Below are positions 27,575 through 36,825 of a stretch of DNA of 64,000 nt, piece by piece. Origin of the DNA: Candidatus Niyogibacteria bacterium. GTDB lineage: Bacteria > Patescibacteriota > Minisyncoccia > HO2-45-28. The stretch's first letter is position 1. The number at the start of each line of letters is the position of its first letter. Location: contig JACOYI010000005.1 in NCBI GenBank assembly GCA_016181935.1, positions 595 through 64,594 on the forward strand, written 5' to 3'. The notes below the pieces were generated by a model. That model did no database searches and was not told the origin of the DNA. It was given only the letters and a program-made list of their open reading frames with translations. A program made the position numbers and the translations under genes.

Positions 27575-27645
27575 GTAAGATTCGGGGAGTTTAGGTAAGT
27601 GGTATACCTGCTGTCTCCAAAACAGCGATCGGAGGTTCGATTCCT
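27575..27645 (+). tRNA. tRNA-Trp (anticodon CCA)
   Basis: Acceptor GGGAGTT/AACTCCC, D-stem GGTA/TACC, anticodon stem GCTGT/ACAGC with loop CTCCAAA, T-arm GGAGG-TTCGATT-CCTCC, discriminator G. Confidence 0.75.
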
Positions 27646-27680
27646 CCAACTCCCGCCGAAAAAGGTGACGGACGATTCCC

Positions 27681-28667
27681 TCACGAACGGATGTAGTTGG
27701 CGGCCTCGCTCACTTGAAGCGCGGTCGTGGAATTGCCGGTGCGGATATAGAAAATTTCGCCGCGGTCAAAACGGACATAGGCGGGCTTTGCGGCGGGAAG
27801 AATTTGTACGATGCAGATAGGTTTATTGTCCGTTTTGGGGAATGACAATTTCACGAATCGGCGGAATTCGGCGCCGATCATTTCTTTGAATATGTTCGTA
27901 AAATGATTCTCGAATCCGTCCGGATTCGGTTTTTTGAGCGTCGCGTAATCGGGTGCCAACCCGCGGACCGCGCCCGCATCATCCACTCCGATCACCAGAT
28001 GCCCACCGCCCGAATTCAGGAGCGCGGCTGTTGTTTTCATGGCGGCGTGCTCCAGCTCGCGGTTCACCTTGTTCGCACCGAGGTCCCAGCGGAGCGTGGA
28101 TTTGAATTCCAGATTTTCGCGCTCCGGCGTTTTTAAGAGGTCGTCGAGCGAAACCGGCGCCCCCTCGGCGGGCTCCATAGATTCCTCTGCATGGCTTTGC
28201 ATCATTTCGGAAATGACGCGACTATAAAGATCGGGATTCGCGATATGCGTGAGCCGGATGGGTTTTTCCCGGCCCATGGTGCGGATGCCGAGCGTCCCGT
28301 AGGCGAAGATTTGCGATAAGGGCGCATATTCATAAAAAACGGAGACCGGATGCGCGACGGGAATGATCTCCCGCTTTTTGATGATGATGCCGCGTTCCTT
28401 GACGACGGCAGAGGGCCGGATGGTATAGACCGTGTAAAGCCAGCGCAAAAAAATGAATGCAAGAAGAAAAAATTCGGCGACCGCAATGAAGAAGAATTTT
28501 GCGACTTCGTAGGAGATGATATCGGAGACCGAAAGCGTATGGTATAACTCGCCGTAATTAGCGAGGACGGCCGCCAAAAAATAGGCGACCGTCAAAACCA
28601 ACTGCAAAAGAATGAGATCTTTGATGATGACGATGGGGCTTCTTCGGATGAGAATCGGCTCGGTCAT
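27681..28667 (-). CDS. Membrane protein with N-terminal bPH_2 (YdbS/YdbT-like) domain and C-terminal AlbA_2 (Schlafen-like putative nucleic-acid-binding) domain
   Basis: Two N-terminal TM helices plus a PH-like segment. C-terminal NLEFKSTLRWDL...GGGHLVIGVDDAG.VRGL pattern characteristic of AlbA_2/AAA-4 N-terminal modules. Confidence 0.65.
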   Translation of the reverse strand: MTEPILIRRSPIVIIKDLILLQLVLTVAYFLAAVLANYGELYHTLSVSDIISYEVAKFFFIAVAEFFLLAFIFLRWLYTVYTIRPSAVVKERGIIIKKREIIPVAHPVSVFYEYAPLSQIFAYGTLGIRTMGREKPIRLTHIANPDLYSRVISEMMQSHAEESMEPAEGAPVSLDDLLKTPERENLEFKSTLRWDLGANKVNRELEHAAMKTTAALLNSGGGHLVIGVDDAGAVRGLAPDYATLKKPNPDGFENHFTNIFKEMIGAEFRRFVKLSFPKTDNKPICIVQILPAAKPAYVRFDRGEIFYIRTGNSTTALQVSEAANYIRS

Positions 28668-28840
28668 CGTTGATTCACTGTAGGTTGTTTTATGCTGCTC
28701 GACAAGTTTTTATCGGCTTGCCAGAGCTGACATGCTCTGGTGTGCTTTCGAATTTCATATGTTTCCACTTTACCATCTTCGGAGTGTATTCCTACAATGG
28801 GTTAGAAATCGGCAGTGCGAACTTTGACAAGGATCGAATC

Positions 28841-31426
28841 ATGGACACTCCGAGACAGGCGAGAAAAAAGATCGCGCTTCGTAGGAGAATCCGGCAATTC
28901 AGAAAAGAGCCACGGTTCCTGCGAGAGCCGAAAGCGAAGCCGTTGGCGCAAAAGATCGCAACATCAGACCTTTCGCCATCCGAGATCACAGAGCTCGTCG
29001 GACGCCCCTATGGGTATTTTCATGAGGCGCTCCGGCATCACAGCATCAAAAAGCCGCGGCATTCTCCGCGCCATATCACGTGGTCGGATGATGCGCTTCG
29101 TTATATCGTGGAAGGTTTTCAGCTGAGCCAGAGTTATTTCCGCTACAAGGCCGAAGATCGCGCGAATATCCAAAATCTCAAAGAAACAGTGATCAATATG
29201 GTCGCCCGTATTCAGAAAAAAACAGGTGAGCGCGGGAAGGTCACATGGGATGCCATTCGGCTTGCCGCAGGCCGCCTGAATGCGGACGATCTGAAGCGTA
29301 TCGGACGCGAAAAAGCGCCGCTTCCGCTCGTGTGGACGAATCTGAAAAAGCCGGAAAAAGAAAAAGCGCCGTTCTCGCCGCCTCCGGTGCCGGTGCGGCG
29401 GTGGTCGGAACCGGAAGAACTTGTGATGGATGCGGCGCAATTTGCGAAAGCAGGATTTCGCATCGGCTTCGCTTCGCGCATCGACTGGCGTTCCGCCGGA
29501 TTTCGCGCGGCCGAGCTGTTGCGCGGCGCAGAAATTTTCTGCAGCGAGGGATGCCAATTTTTCGTCATCAATGCGGGGCTGGTCCACAAGCAGTGGGCCA
29601 AAGGATTCATCAGCGAACACTTCGCCGGCCTCTCGAGGGACCGGCGCGAAGGCGCGCTGGATGTGGCGTTGGACGAGATCGCGCGCGGGCTTGCATTCGC
29701 GATCCCGCGAGTTCCGCATCCGACCGAAAAAGGGAAATTCATCAAGTGGTACATCATTCCGAGCACCCAGCACGACGGCCCGTTCGGGGAACGCATCGCG
29801 CAAAAACTGCAGGCGCTGCGGTCGGAAGATATCCGTGTTCATGATCCGCGGAGAGGGCCCTTGATCGTGAAAGCGATCAACAAGCGCATCGGCATCGTGA
29901 ATGCGCATCGGAATCGCTTGCCGTCGGAGTATCATTCGAACGCCGCTGAGCGCGACATCAAGGATTTTGAAACGCTGACGGCGCGGGACGACTACGATAT
30001 TTATGCGGTGGGCGGCCATGCGTCGAGCATCCATAATCCCCGCGGCGGCGAGCGCAAGACCCCGTATTTTACGATCCCCGCTCTGCATCGCCTCCAGGGC
30101 GACAAGGTCGCGGAAAATCAGGAGGGCGTTACCATTCTCGAATGGTCGCCGGATGGCTCCATCTATTCGTTGCGGGTGTTTCCGCTTCGGGATTGGAGCC
30201 GTGACGAGCGGATGTGCATCACCGGCACCAAGGAAGGCGCAAAGCGTATTCACCACCGGATCGTGGACGTCATCAAACGTACGGGTGCGGTCACGATCGG
30301 CATGCTGGAGGACGCGCTCGATATTTCACGCGATGTCTTGGAACGGGAGATCCAGTTTTTGGTCGAGCCGAAACCGCTGCCGCGTAAGACGTGGCCGGGT
30401 TTGCGGTACGATCCCGCGTCGCAGACCTACGATTTTTGGCTGGAATGGATCCAGGAAACCCTGCGGTACCCGAAATTGCAGAAAACCTGGGATGAGCACC
30501 GGATGCTCATGTTCGGTTGTCTCCATGCGGGGTACTGTACGACGGATTACGAATATTTCGTGAAAAAGTATCCCGAGATCATTCTGGCCCGCGGCGTCCA
30601 AACGCTCTTCGGCATCGGCGATTTCATCGCGGGTCTCCATCACGATTTTCTCTGCACCGGCGAAGTGTTCGGCGGGCTGAACAACGACGAACAGGAAACA
30701 TTCGCCGCAGAACTCACGGCGACCGTGATGCTCGCGGTATTCCGTGTCCGGTTCAGGGATATCATAGATGCGGTGCGTCCGTCGGACGCCGCGGGTATCG
30801 CATCCTGCGTCAGCCGGGCGCTTTTGGATTTTATTTACACCATCGGAAATCACGACGAGTGGCAGAGGCGCGACGGTTCGACCCCGCTCGAAACATTCCG
30901 GAGCAAATTGTGTACGGTCCTTACCGATCACATCGGGAAGATCGCCGATGGCGCCGAGGCGGTTGATATCGCCGGTATCGTGCGTTCGAAGATCACGCTC
31001 GTGCCGCAACACCGGCCGCACTATCGGTTTTCGTCGGGATCGGTGATGGGTTTGCACCATCCGTTCATGGCGAGGGCGAAGACGTCATCGCTCCGCGCGC
31101 AGGAACTGCTGAAATTTTTGCGCGAATGCCATCTGGTGGGCGCTGCGAATTTCCATACGTCGATCTTCGCGAATAGCTGGGAACCGTCGCTCGGCCAGCG
31201 ACTTGTGGCGCAGGTCGGGACGATGGTCATCGGCACGACCTTTGAAATGGGCAAAATGAAGCGCGTGGATTTCGGCCCGTTGTATGTGCGCGTCCGCGAG
31301 CAAAACGGGCGCATCATCATGACCGAAACCATGGCGTTTCCGGACCCGATCTTGCGTGACCCGATCCCGAAGGGGACGGATCCCGAAGAGTTGAAAGCGC
31401 GCCTCGGTCTGTTGCGGGCGCGATAG
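28841..31426 (+). CDS. Large hypothetical protein (861 aa) with weak metallophosphoesterase-like motifs in its C-terminal half
   Basis: ATG 28841; the upstream part of the listed ORF lacks coding character. No confident domain. GIGDFIAGLHHD ... IGNHDEW are reminiscent of calcineurin-like phosphoesterase motifs II/III (low confidence). Ends 85 nt before lon. Confidence 0.65.
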   Translation: MDTPRQARKKIALRRRIRQFRKEPRFLREPKAKPLAQKIATSDLSPSEITELVGRPYGYFHEALRHHSIKKPRHSPRHITWSDDALRYIVEGFQLSQSYFRYKAEDRANIQNLKETVINMVARIQKKTGERGKVTWDAIRLAAGRLNADDLKRIGREKAPLPLVWTNLKKPEKEKAPFSPPPVPVRRWSEPEELVMDAAQFAKAGFRIGFASRIDWRSAGFRAAELLRGAEIFCSEGCQFFVINAGLVHKQWAKGFISEHFAGLSRDRREGALDVALDEIARGLAFAIPRVPHPTEKGKFIKWYIIPSTQHDGPFGERIAQKLQALRSEDIRVHDPRRGPLIVKAINKRIGIVNAHRNRLPSEYHSNAAERDIKDFETLTARDDYDIYAVGGHASSIHNPRGGERKTPYFTIPALHRLQGDKVAENQEGVTILEWSPDGSIYSLRVFPLRDWSRDERMCITGTKEGAKRIHHRIVDVIKRTGAVTIGMLEDALDISRDVLEREIQFLVEPKPLPRKTWPGLRYDPASQTYDFWLEWIQETLRYPKLQKTWDEHRMLMFGCLHAGYCTTDYEYFVKKYPEIILARGVQTLFGIGDFIAGLHHDFLCTGEVFGGLNNDEQETFAAELTATVMLAVFRVRFRDIIDAVRPSDAAGIASCVSRALLDFIYTIGNHDEWQRRDGSTPLETFRSKLCTVLTDHIGKIADGAEAVDIAGIVRSKITLVPQHRPHYRFSSGSVMGLHHPFMARAKTSSLRAQELLKFLRECHLVGAANFHTSIFANSWEPSLGQRLVAQVGTMVIGTTFEMGKMKRVDFGPLYVRVREQNGRIIMTETMAFPDPILRDPIPKGTDPEELKARLGLLRAR

Positions 31427-31513
31427 AAAGCGATGAGCCCTGTTCCTTGCGAGGAATGGGGCTTTTTCTTTGGTATACTGGAAGCAAATCGCTTTTTGAC
31501 AACAGGAGAACCC

Positions 31514-33967
31514 ATGGCACACGATGCTGAAACGAAATTTCCTTCCGTGGTTCCGCTCTTTTGGTCGGATGTAACGATATTTCCGGGTCCGTGCGTGCGG
31601 CGGCTCAGTTTTCCGGTTGATCAAGATACGGTCCGCAATTTACAGGAGGCGACCAAGGGCGGATATTGCTTTGTGACATCCGCACCGAATGTCGAGGAAT
31701 TGCCCGGCGGGTCGCTGTGCAAAATTACGAAATTCCGTCCATTCGTTGGGCGTGAGATCGTTTTCATTCAGTATGTGGCGCTCGCGCGGGGGCACGTTAC
31801 ACAGATGCAGGAACCGCGGTCGGATTACGCGTTTGTCGAATGGAAACAGATCGACGATGTGCTGCCGCTTGAGGCACAGTTGGATGCGATGCTCCCGGCG
31901 GTCATAGAATTGCGTTCGTTGTTTGCGGAATTCGTCCGAATACTGGAGCTTCAAAGCACTCCGCGCATTGTTGTGGATCATACGCTGGGCGAAGGAATTG
32001 CCGCGCGCGCTCTCCGGCATCTGCAGGGACCGACGATCCAGAATATTTCGGAGATGATCGACGACGTGATGAACTTGGTAAGCGCAATGCCTCTTACGAA
32101 CGACGAACTTATCTCCGTGGTTCATGCGTATTTGCGTTCGATTCTTTGCGATGAGAGCGTTGAGGGGCGCATTGTGAAAGCGAACGAACTATTTCGTCTT
32201 ATTTTGCCCAAGAAAGAACTCGAACCCGCTTTTCATGGAGCGGCGGGCATCGGTAAAGGCGGGAAGAACAAAGTAGAGGATTATCGCAAACGGTTCGAGG
32301 AGATCAAACAGTACATTCCGAAGGAAAAATGGCCGCAGATCGAACGGGAAATTGTTTATGCGCAGGGCGATGATTCGAACGCCCGAGTATCGCGCAATTA
32401 CGTCGATTGTATGCTATCGATGCCGTGGGGCGTTTACACGGAGGATACGAAAGATCTGGTGCGTGTCCAGCAGGTTTTGGATGAGGATCATGACGGGCTG
32501 AAGAAAGTAAAAGAGCAGATCCTGAAATTCGTGGCGATCCGCCAATTGAATCCGTCCGCAAAAGGGCCGATTTTGTGTTTGGTCGGTCCGCCCGGCGTCG
32601 GCAAAACATCCATCGGCAAATCCATTGCGCGCTCTCTCGGACGAAAATTCGCGCGCATGGCGCTCGGCGGTGTGCGGGATGAGGCGGAACTCCGCGGTCA
32701 TCGCCGGACATACGTCGGCGCCATTCTGGGGAAGATCGCCACTATGATCCGCGATAGCGGAAGCTTCAATCCGCTGATCGTGCTCGATGAAGTGGACAAG
32801 GTGGGTCTGCATTTCGGGCATGATGACGTGGCGTCGGCGTTGCTTGAAGTTTTGGATCCCGAGCAGAATTCTTCTTTTGATGAGTATTATTTGGATATCC
32901 CACTCGATCTTTCACATAGTTTTTTTCTGACAACGGCGAATCTTGCGGAACCTATCATGCCGGCGCTCCGCGACCGGATGAAGATCATCCATCTCCCCGG
33001 TTATACGCCGCAGGAAAAAGTCGCGATCGCGGCCAATCATTTGATCCCGAAGCAGAAAAAAGAATGTGGGATCCCCATCGATCGCGATGGAAAAAAGGTG
33101 GATGCCGTGATCGCCCGCGAAACTCTTTCCGATATCATTCAGCGCTATACCTATGAGGCCGGCGTTCGCAATCTTGAGCAAATGATCTACGGGATTTTTG
33201 GGGAAGTGGATGTGGATTTTTTGAAGAAACCGGCGGAATACGGGCCAGATACCGTGATAACCGTCACTTCGGAGAATCTTTCTCGGTGGTGCGGTAAGCC
33301 GTTGCGGCACGACCATCCGATACCCAAGCATTTTCCAGCCGGTGTCGTGCCGGCACTGGGAGTGACGGACGCGGGCGGGCACGTATTTCTATTCGAAATT
33401 TCGCTCGGCGATCAATATCAGGAACGGAAGATCAAGTTGACCGGCGTTCGCGCTCCGCACGATCCGAAGGAGTCGGTGAATAAGATCGAAGAGTCGCTGC
33501 AGATCGCATTCGGTTATTTTTCATCGCGGACCGGACTTTTGTGCGAACGCATTCGGAAACTCGAAGCAGAGCACCCGTTGTATGTGCAGGGGAATCTGAC
33601 GGATGACGCGCCGAAGGATGGGCCGTCGGCGGGTGTTGCTGCCGCTGTCGCTTTGTATGGCGCGTTGACGGAAACGCCGGTTTCTGTGTTGCTTGCGGCA
33701 ACCGGCGCGATCTCGCTTTCGGGCGCAGTGGCGGCGGTCGGCGGCATTCGGGATAAGGTTCTGGCGGCGCATCGCGCCGGCATTCACAATGTTATTCTTC
33801 CGAAGGTGAACGAGTCGGATATCGAAGAAATTCCGGATGATGTCCGCTCGGAAATGCAGATCTTTCCGGTCTCGACGATTTTGGAAGCGCTCGAGGTCGC
33901 GTTTCCGAACGATCCGAGAATTCCGGCATTCATTGCGTCCTGCAATGCAGAGCGGAGCTCATCATGA
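31514..33967 (+). CDS. lon: ATP-dependent Lon protease (LonA)
   Basis: ATG 31514 with AGGAGA RBS. Lon N-domain, Walker A GPPGVGKTS, S16 catalytic DGPSAG and Lys. Confidence 0.9.
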   Translation: MAHDAETKFPSVVPLFWSDVTIFPGPCVRRLSFPVDQDTVRNLQEATKGGYCFVTSAPNVEELPGGSLCKITKFRPFVGREIVFIQYVALARGHVTQMQEPRSDYAFVEWKQIDDVLPLEAQLDAMLPAVIELRSLFAEFVRILELQSTPRIVVDHTLGEGIAARALRHLQGPTIQNISEMIDDVMNLVSAMPLTNDELISVVHAYLRSILCDESVEGRIVKANELFRLILPKKELEPAFHGAAGIGKGGKNKVEDYRKRFEEIKQYIPKEKWPQIEREIVYAQGDDSNARVSRNYVDCMLSMPWGVYTEDTKDLVRVQQVLDEDHDGLKKVKEQILKFVAIRQLNPSAKGPILCLVGPPGVGKTSIGKSIARSLGRKFARMALGGVRDEAELRGHRRTYVGAILGKIATMIRDSGSFNPLIVLDEVDKVGLHFGHDDVASALLEVLDPEQNSSFDEYYLDIPLDLSHSFFLTTANLAEPIMPALRDRMKIIHLPGYTPQEKVAIAANHLIPKQKKECGIPIDRDGKKVDAVIARETLSDIIQRYTYEAGVRNLEQMIYGIFGEVDVDFLKKPAEYGPDTVITVTSENLSRWCGKPLRHDHPIPKHFPAGVVPALGVTDAGGHVFLFEISLGDQYQERKIKLTGVRAPHDPKESVNKIEESLQIAFGYFSSRTGLLCERIRKLEAEHPLYVQGNLTDDAPKDGPSAGVAAAVALYGALTETPVSVLLAATGAISLSGAVAAVGGIRDKVLAAHRAGIHNVILPKVNESDIEEIPDDVRSEMQIFPVSTILEALEVAFPNDPRIPAFIASCNAERSSS

Positions 33968-33980
33968 GCTCCGTTTTTTT
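33946..33980 (+). terminator. Rho-independent terminator overlapping the lon stop (GGAGCTCATCATGAGCTCC + T8)
   Basis: 9-bp perfect stem followed by TTTTTTTT. Confidence 0.55.
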
Positions 33981-33986
33981 TGCTCG

Positions 33987-34054
33987 CCCCGTTAGAAATT
34001 CGAGGAAGTCTATAAGGATAATTTTTTGCGAATTGAGTACAATTTCTAATGGGG
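33987..34054 (+). repeat. 68-bp MITE-like element, family B, copy 1 (14-bp perfect TIRs CCCCGTTAGAAATT)
   Basis: TIRs at 33987-34000 and 34041-34054. 40-nt core is about 70% identical to the reverse complement of the core of the copy at 45603-45670. Confidence 0.55.
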
Positions 34055-34066
34055 TTATGATGGGGA

Positions 34067-34711
34067 ATGATTTCGAACGCTCCCGATCTCGCGGATCATC
34101 TCGAACGCATCGGTGTCCTGAAGATGCCCGCGTTGAAAAAAGCGTTCGAAGCGGTCGATCGCGCGGATTTTGTGCCCGAATCACAAAAGGAAAACGCCTA
34201 TGCGGATGAACCGCTGCCGATCGGCGAAGGACAGACGATCTCCCAGCCGTATACGGTCGCATTTATGCTCGAGCAGTTGCAGCCGCTTGAGGGCGAGCGG
34301 ATCTTGGATATCGGCGCAGGATCCGGCTGGCAAGCGGCGCTTCTTGCGCATATCGTAGGCGGGAAAGGACGGGTGGTCGCGATCGAGCGGATCAGGACGC
34401 TTTGCGATTTTGGCAGGAGGAACGTTTCAAAATATAATTTCATCCAGAAGGGGATCGTGGATTGGCGATGCGGCGACGCATCGCTCGGGGCCCCCGATGA
34501 GGAGCCGTTCGACGGCATCATCGCGGCCGCCGCATTAGAGAACGACAGAATTCCTGCCGTATGGCTCGATGGATTGCGTATCGGCGGAAGGCTTCTTTTT
34601 CCGATCTCGGGATCGCTCTGGAAATGGACCAAGCGTGCAGGTGAATTATTCGATAAAGAGGAGTTTCCCGGATTTGCATTCGTGCCGTTCGTAAAAAACC
34701 ATGACCGATAA
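34067..34711 (+). CDS. pcm: Protein-L-isoaspartate O-methyltransferase
   Basis: 214 aa. SQPYTVA, ILDIGAGSGWQAA (SAM motif I) and VVAIERI motifs. Confidence 0.85.
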   Translation: MISNAPDLADHLERIGVLKMPALKKAFEAVDRADFVPESQKENAYADEPLPIGEGQTISQPYTVAFMLEQLQPLEGERILDIGAGSGWQAALLAHIVGGKGRVVAIERIRTLCDFGRRNVSKYNFIQKGIVDWRCGDASLGAPDEEPFDGIIAAAALENDRIPAVWLDGLRIGGRLLFPISGSLWKWTKRAGELFDKEEFPGFAFVPFVKNHDR

Positions 34712-35660
34712 ATCCGCCCGAAAATGGGCAATGGTGCTGGGCGCGGGGCTTTTTGTTCTCGCGGTCATTTCCTATTTTCTCCTTTCGTACCCCCGGGAAT
34801 TTCCTGTTGGAACCGTCGTTCGGATCGAACGGGGGGCGCATTTGGATGCGGTCGCGCGACAATTTACCGAACAGCAGATCATCCGATATCCTTCGCTTTT
34901 TAAATTCATCGCATGGCTGACGACCGGCGATGCAAGCGTCAAGGCGGGGGGTTATTATTTTGAAAAGCCGCTCGGGGTCGCAGGGGTGTGGTATCGGGTG
35001 ACGCGCGGCAAATATGGCACCGAAGCCTTCAAAATCACGATCCCGGAAGGATGGACGGTGCGCCAGATGGGGGTGGAATTCGAGAAGCGCGGCCTTTTTC
35101 CGCGCATGGAATGGGAGGCGCACGCCGCGCCGTTCGAGGGGTATCTTTTTCCGGATACGTATTTTTTCCCGCTCGATGCGGCGCCGGAAACGGCGGCATC
35201 CATGATGCGGAATACCTTCAATCAAATGATGACGCTCGAACTTCAGGCGGAGATCATGCGTCAGAAAAAAACATTGCGCGAGATCGTGATCATGGCATCG
35301 CTCATTGAAAAGGAAGCGAACGGCGGTTCAACGGATGCGCCGGTCATTGCCGGTATTTTATGGAAACGCCTAGGCGAAAATATCGGCTTGCAGGTGGATG
35401 CGGCGCTCACCTATGTGACCGGCCGGCCGTCGCTCGAGCTCCGTCAGTCCGATCTCGCGCTCGACTCGCGCTACAATACCTACAAATACCGCGGATTGCC
35501 GCCGACGCCCATTTCGAATCCCGGACTCGATGCCCTTACGGCCGCGATCTATCCGCAATCCTCCCCGTATCTTTTTTATCTGCACGGGGCGGACGGCCGC
35601 GCGCATTATGCGCGCACGTTCGAGGAGCATATCCTGAACAAAGAGAGGTATTTGCGGTAG
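34701..35660 (+). CDS. mltG: Endolytic murein transglycosylase MltG (YceG-like)
   Basis: 319 aa. N-terminal TM and conserved YceG motifs (MASLIEKEA, LQVDAALTYV, YNTYKYRGLPPTPI). Confidence 0.85.
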   Translation: MTDKSARKWAMVLGAGLFVLAVISYFLLSYPREFPVGTVVRIERGAHLDAVARQFTEQQIIRYPSLFKFIAWLTTGDASVKAGGYYFEKPLGVAGVWYRVTRGKYGTEAFKITIPEGWTVRQMGVEFEKRGLFPRMEWEAHAAPFEGYLFPDTYFFPLDAAPETAASMMRNTFNQMMTLELQAEIMRQKKTLREIVIMASLIEKEANGGSTDAPVIAGILWKRLGENIGLQVDAALTYVTGRPSLELRQSDLALDSRYNTYKYRGLPPTPISNPGLDALTAAIYPQSSPYLFYLHGADGRAHYARTFEEHILNKERYLR

Positions 35661-35664
35661 CTAT

Positions 35665-35693
35665 TGACAATAGGCCAATAATATAGTATAATA
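35665..35693 (+). promoter_or_regulatory. Consensus sigma-70 promoter TTGACA-17-TATAAT upstream of the 3D-domain gene
   Basis: Perfect hexamers with 17-nt spacer. A 43-nt leader follows, containing an inverted repeat TCTAACCT..AGGTTAGA. Confidence 0.6.
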
Positions 35694-35736
35694 CTTGTCT
35701 AACCTGAAAAGGGGTTATACTCCCTAAGGTTAGACT

Positions 35737-36150
35737 ATGGTCATTAACTTATTGGTGCTTGCGAGCTTGATTTCGGGTCTCTTCCCGTACTCAGCCGCAG
35801 CTTTGGGGAAGGTCGTTTCAACCGCAGAACCCATTGAGGTTCAGCCGGTCGAGACGGTTCGCGAAGTCCGTGAGGTCTGGGTGACTGCCTATTCGAGCAC
35901 TCCGGAAGAAACGGATGATACGCCGCTCATTGCCGCGTCGGGTAAAACCGTCTCCGCAGGATTTATGGCCGCGAACTTTCTTGATTTCGGTACGCGGGTA
36001 AAAATCCCCGAGCATTTCGGCGAGCAGGTATTCGTGGTTGAGGACCGTATGGCTCGTCGCAAGACCGAATTCGTCGATATCTGGATGCCGACGAAACAGG
36101 ATGCATTGAATTTCGGTATTCATCGCGCAAAAATCATTATATTAAATTAG
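35737..36150 (+). CDS. 3D-domain (MltA-like double-psi beta-barrel) cell-wall protein with signal anchor
   Basis: 137 aa. N-terminal hydrophobic segment. VWVTAYSS...DTP..ASG...A.......GT.V.I...G...VVEDR pattern of 3D domains. Confidence 0.7.
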   Translation: MVINLLVLASLISGLFPYSAAALGKVVSTAEPIEVQPVETVREVREVWVTAYSSTPEETDDTPLIAASGKTVSAGFMAANFLDFGTRVKIPEHFGEQVFVVEDRMARRKTEFVDIWMPTKQDALNFGIHRAKIIILN

Positions 36151-36193
36151 CGCGTATGGATGCCGGAGGCATTGCTCCTGGGCATCAGAACCC

Positions 36194-36232
36194 AGCCCCT
36201 TCTTAGGAAGGGGCTGGGTGTTTTTTCTTGAT
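36194..36232 (+). terminator. Rho-independent terminator (CCCAGCCCCTTCTTAGGAAGGGGCTGGG + T-run)
   Basis: 11-bp stem followed by TGTTTTTTCTTGATTTTTT. Confidence 0.6.
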
Positions 36233-36283
36233 TTTTTCATCATTTCTAGTACAATTTTTTTAAATGTTCTTTGAGAGGAAGCG

Positions 36284-36772
36284 ATGCAGAAGCAAAAATT
36301 CCGGCAATTCGAAGTACGGCAAGGTGCATACCAAAAATACACGAACATCACGGAAGACGTGCAAAAGGTCATTGACGAGTGGGATATCGCCAACGGTCAT
36401 GTGCATGTGATGGTCATGCATACGACCTGCACATTGCTCATTCAGGAGGCCGAGTCATGGATGATCAACGCTGATCTGTTCCGAGTGCTTGAAGAACTTG
36501 CTTCGGCAGAAGGGCATTATCGCCATGACGATCTCAGTGTTCGCACGGAAAATCTGGATCCGAACCGGCAGGAGCGCAAAAACGGTTTTGCGCATGTGCG
36601 GGCGATGCTCGTTGGGAAGCCGGAATATACGATTCCGGTGCAGGACGGGAAACTATTTCTGGGCCGATGGCAGCGGATCTTGCTTTTGGATTTTGACACG
36701 CGCGAGCGCATCCAGTCGCGGACCGTCACAGTTTCGATGATTGAAAATCCAAAATTCACAGGAGAGGGGTGA
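36284..36772 (+). CDS. YjbQ/UPF0047-family protein (secondary thiamine-phosphate synthase-like)
   Basis: 162 aa. HVMVMHTTCTLLIQE... pattern of UPF0047. Confidence 0.7.
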   Translation: MQKQKFRQFEVRQGAYQKYTNITEDVQKVIDEWDIANGHVHVMVMHTTCTLLIQEAESWMINADLFRVLEELASAEGHYRHDDLSVRTENLDPNRQERKNGFAHVRAMLVGKPEYTIPVQDGKLFLGRWQRILLLDFDTRERIQSRTVTVSMIENPKFTGEG

Positions 36773-36825
36773 AGTCCGTTTCGGCGGACTTTTTTATTTC
36801 GTCCGATTGTGGCACTATAATTTTG

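Noticed and set aside
28964-30256. 430-aa minus-strand ORF antisense to the 861-aa gene, and many similar antisense ORFs (for example 23161-24168, 1571-2590, 19801-20583)
   Set aside because: Arg/Pro/His-rich composition typical of the non-coding strand of GC-rich genes. They are wholly contained within better-supported sense genes.
28841-33967. BREX-like PglZ + BrxL interpretation of the 861-aa protein followed by Lon
   Set aside because: The Lon has a canonical LonA N-domain, GPPGVGKTS Walker A and DGPSAG active site (housekeeping type). No brxC/pglX/brxA/brxB-like genes are adjacent. The 861-aa protein shows no alkaline-phosphatase-like motifs I can recognise.
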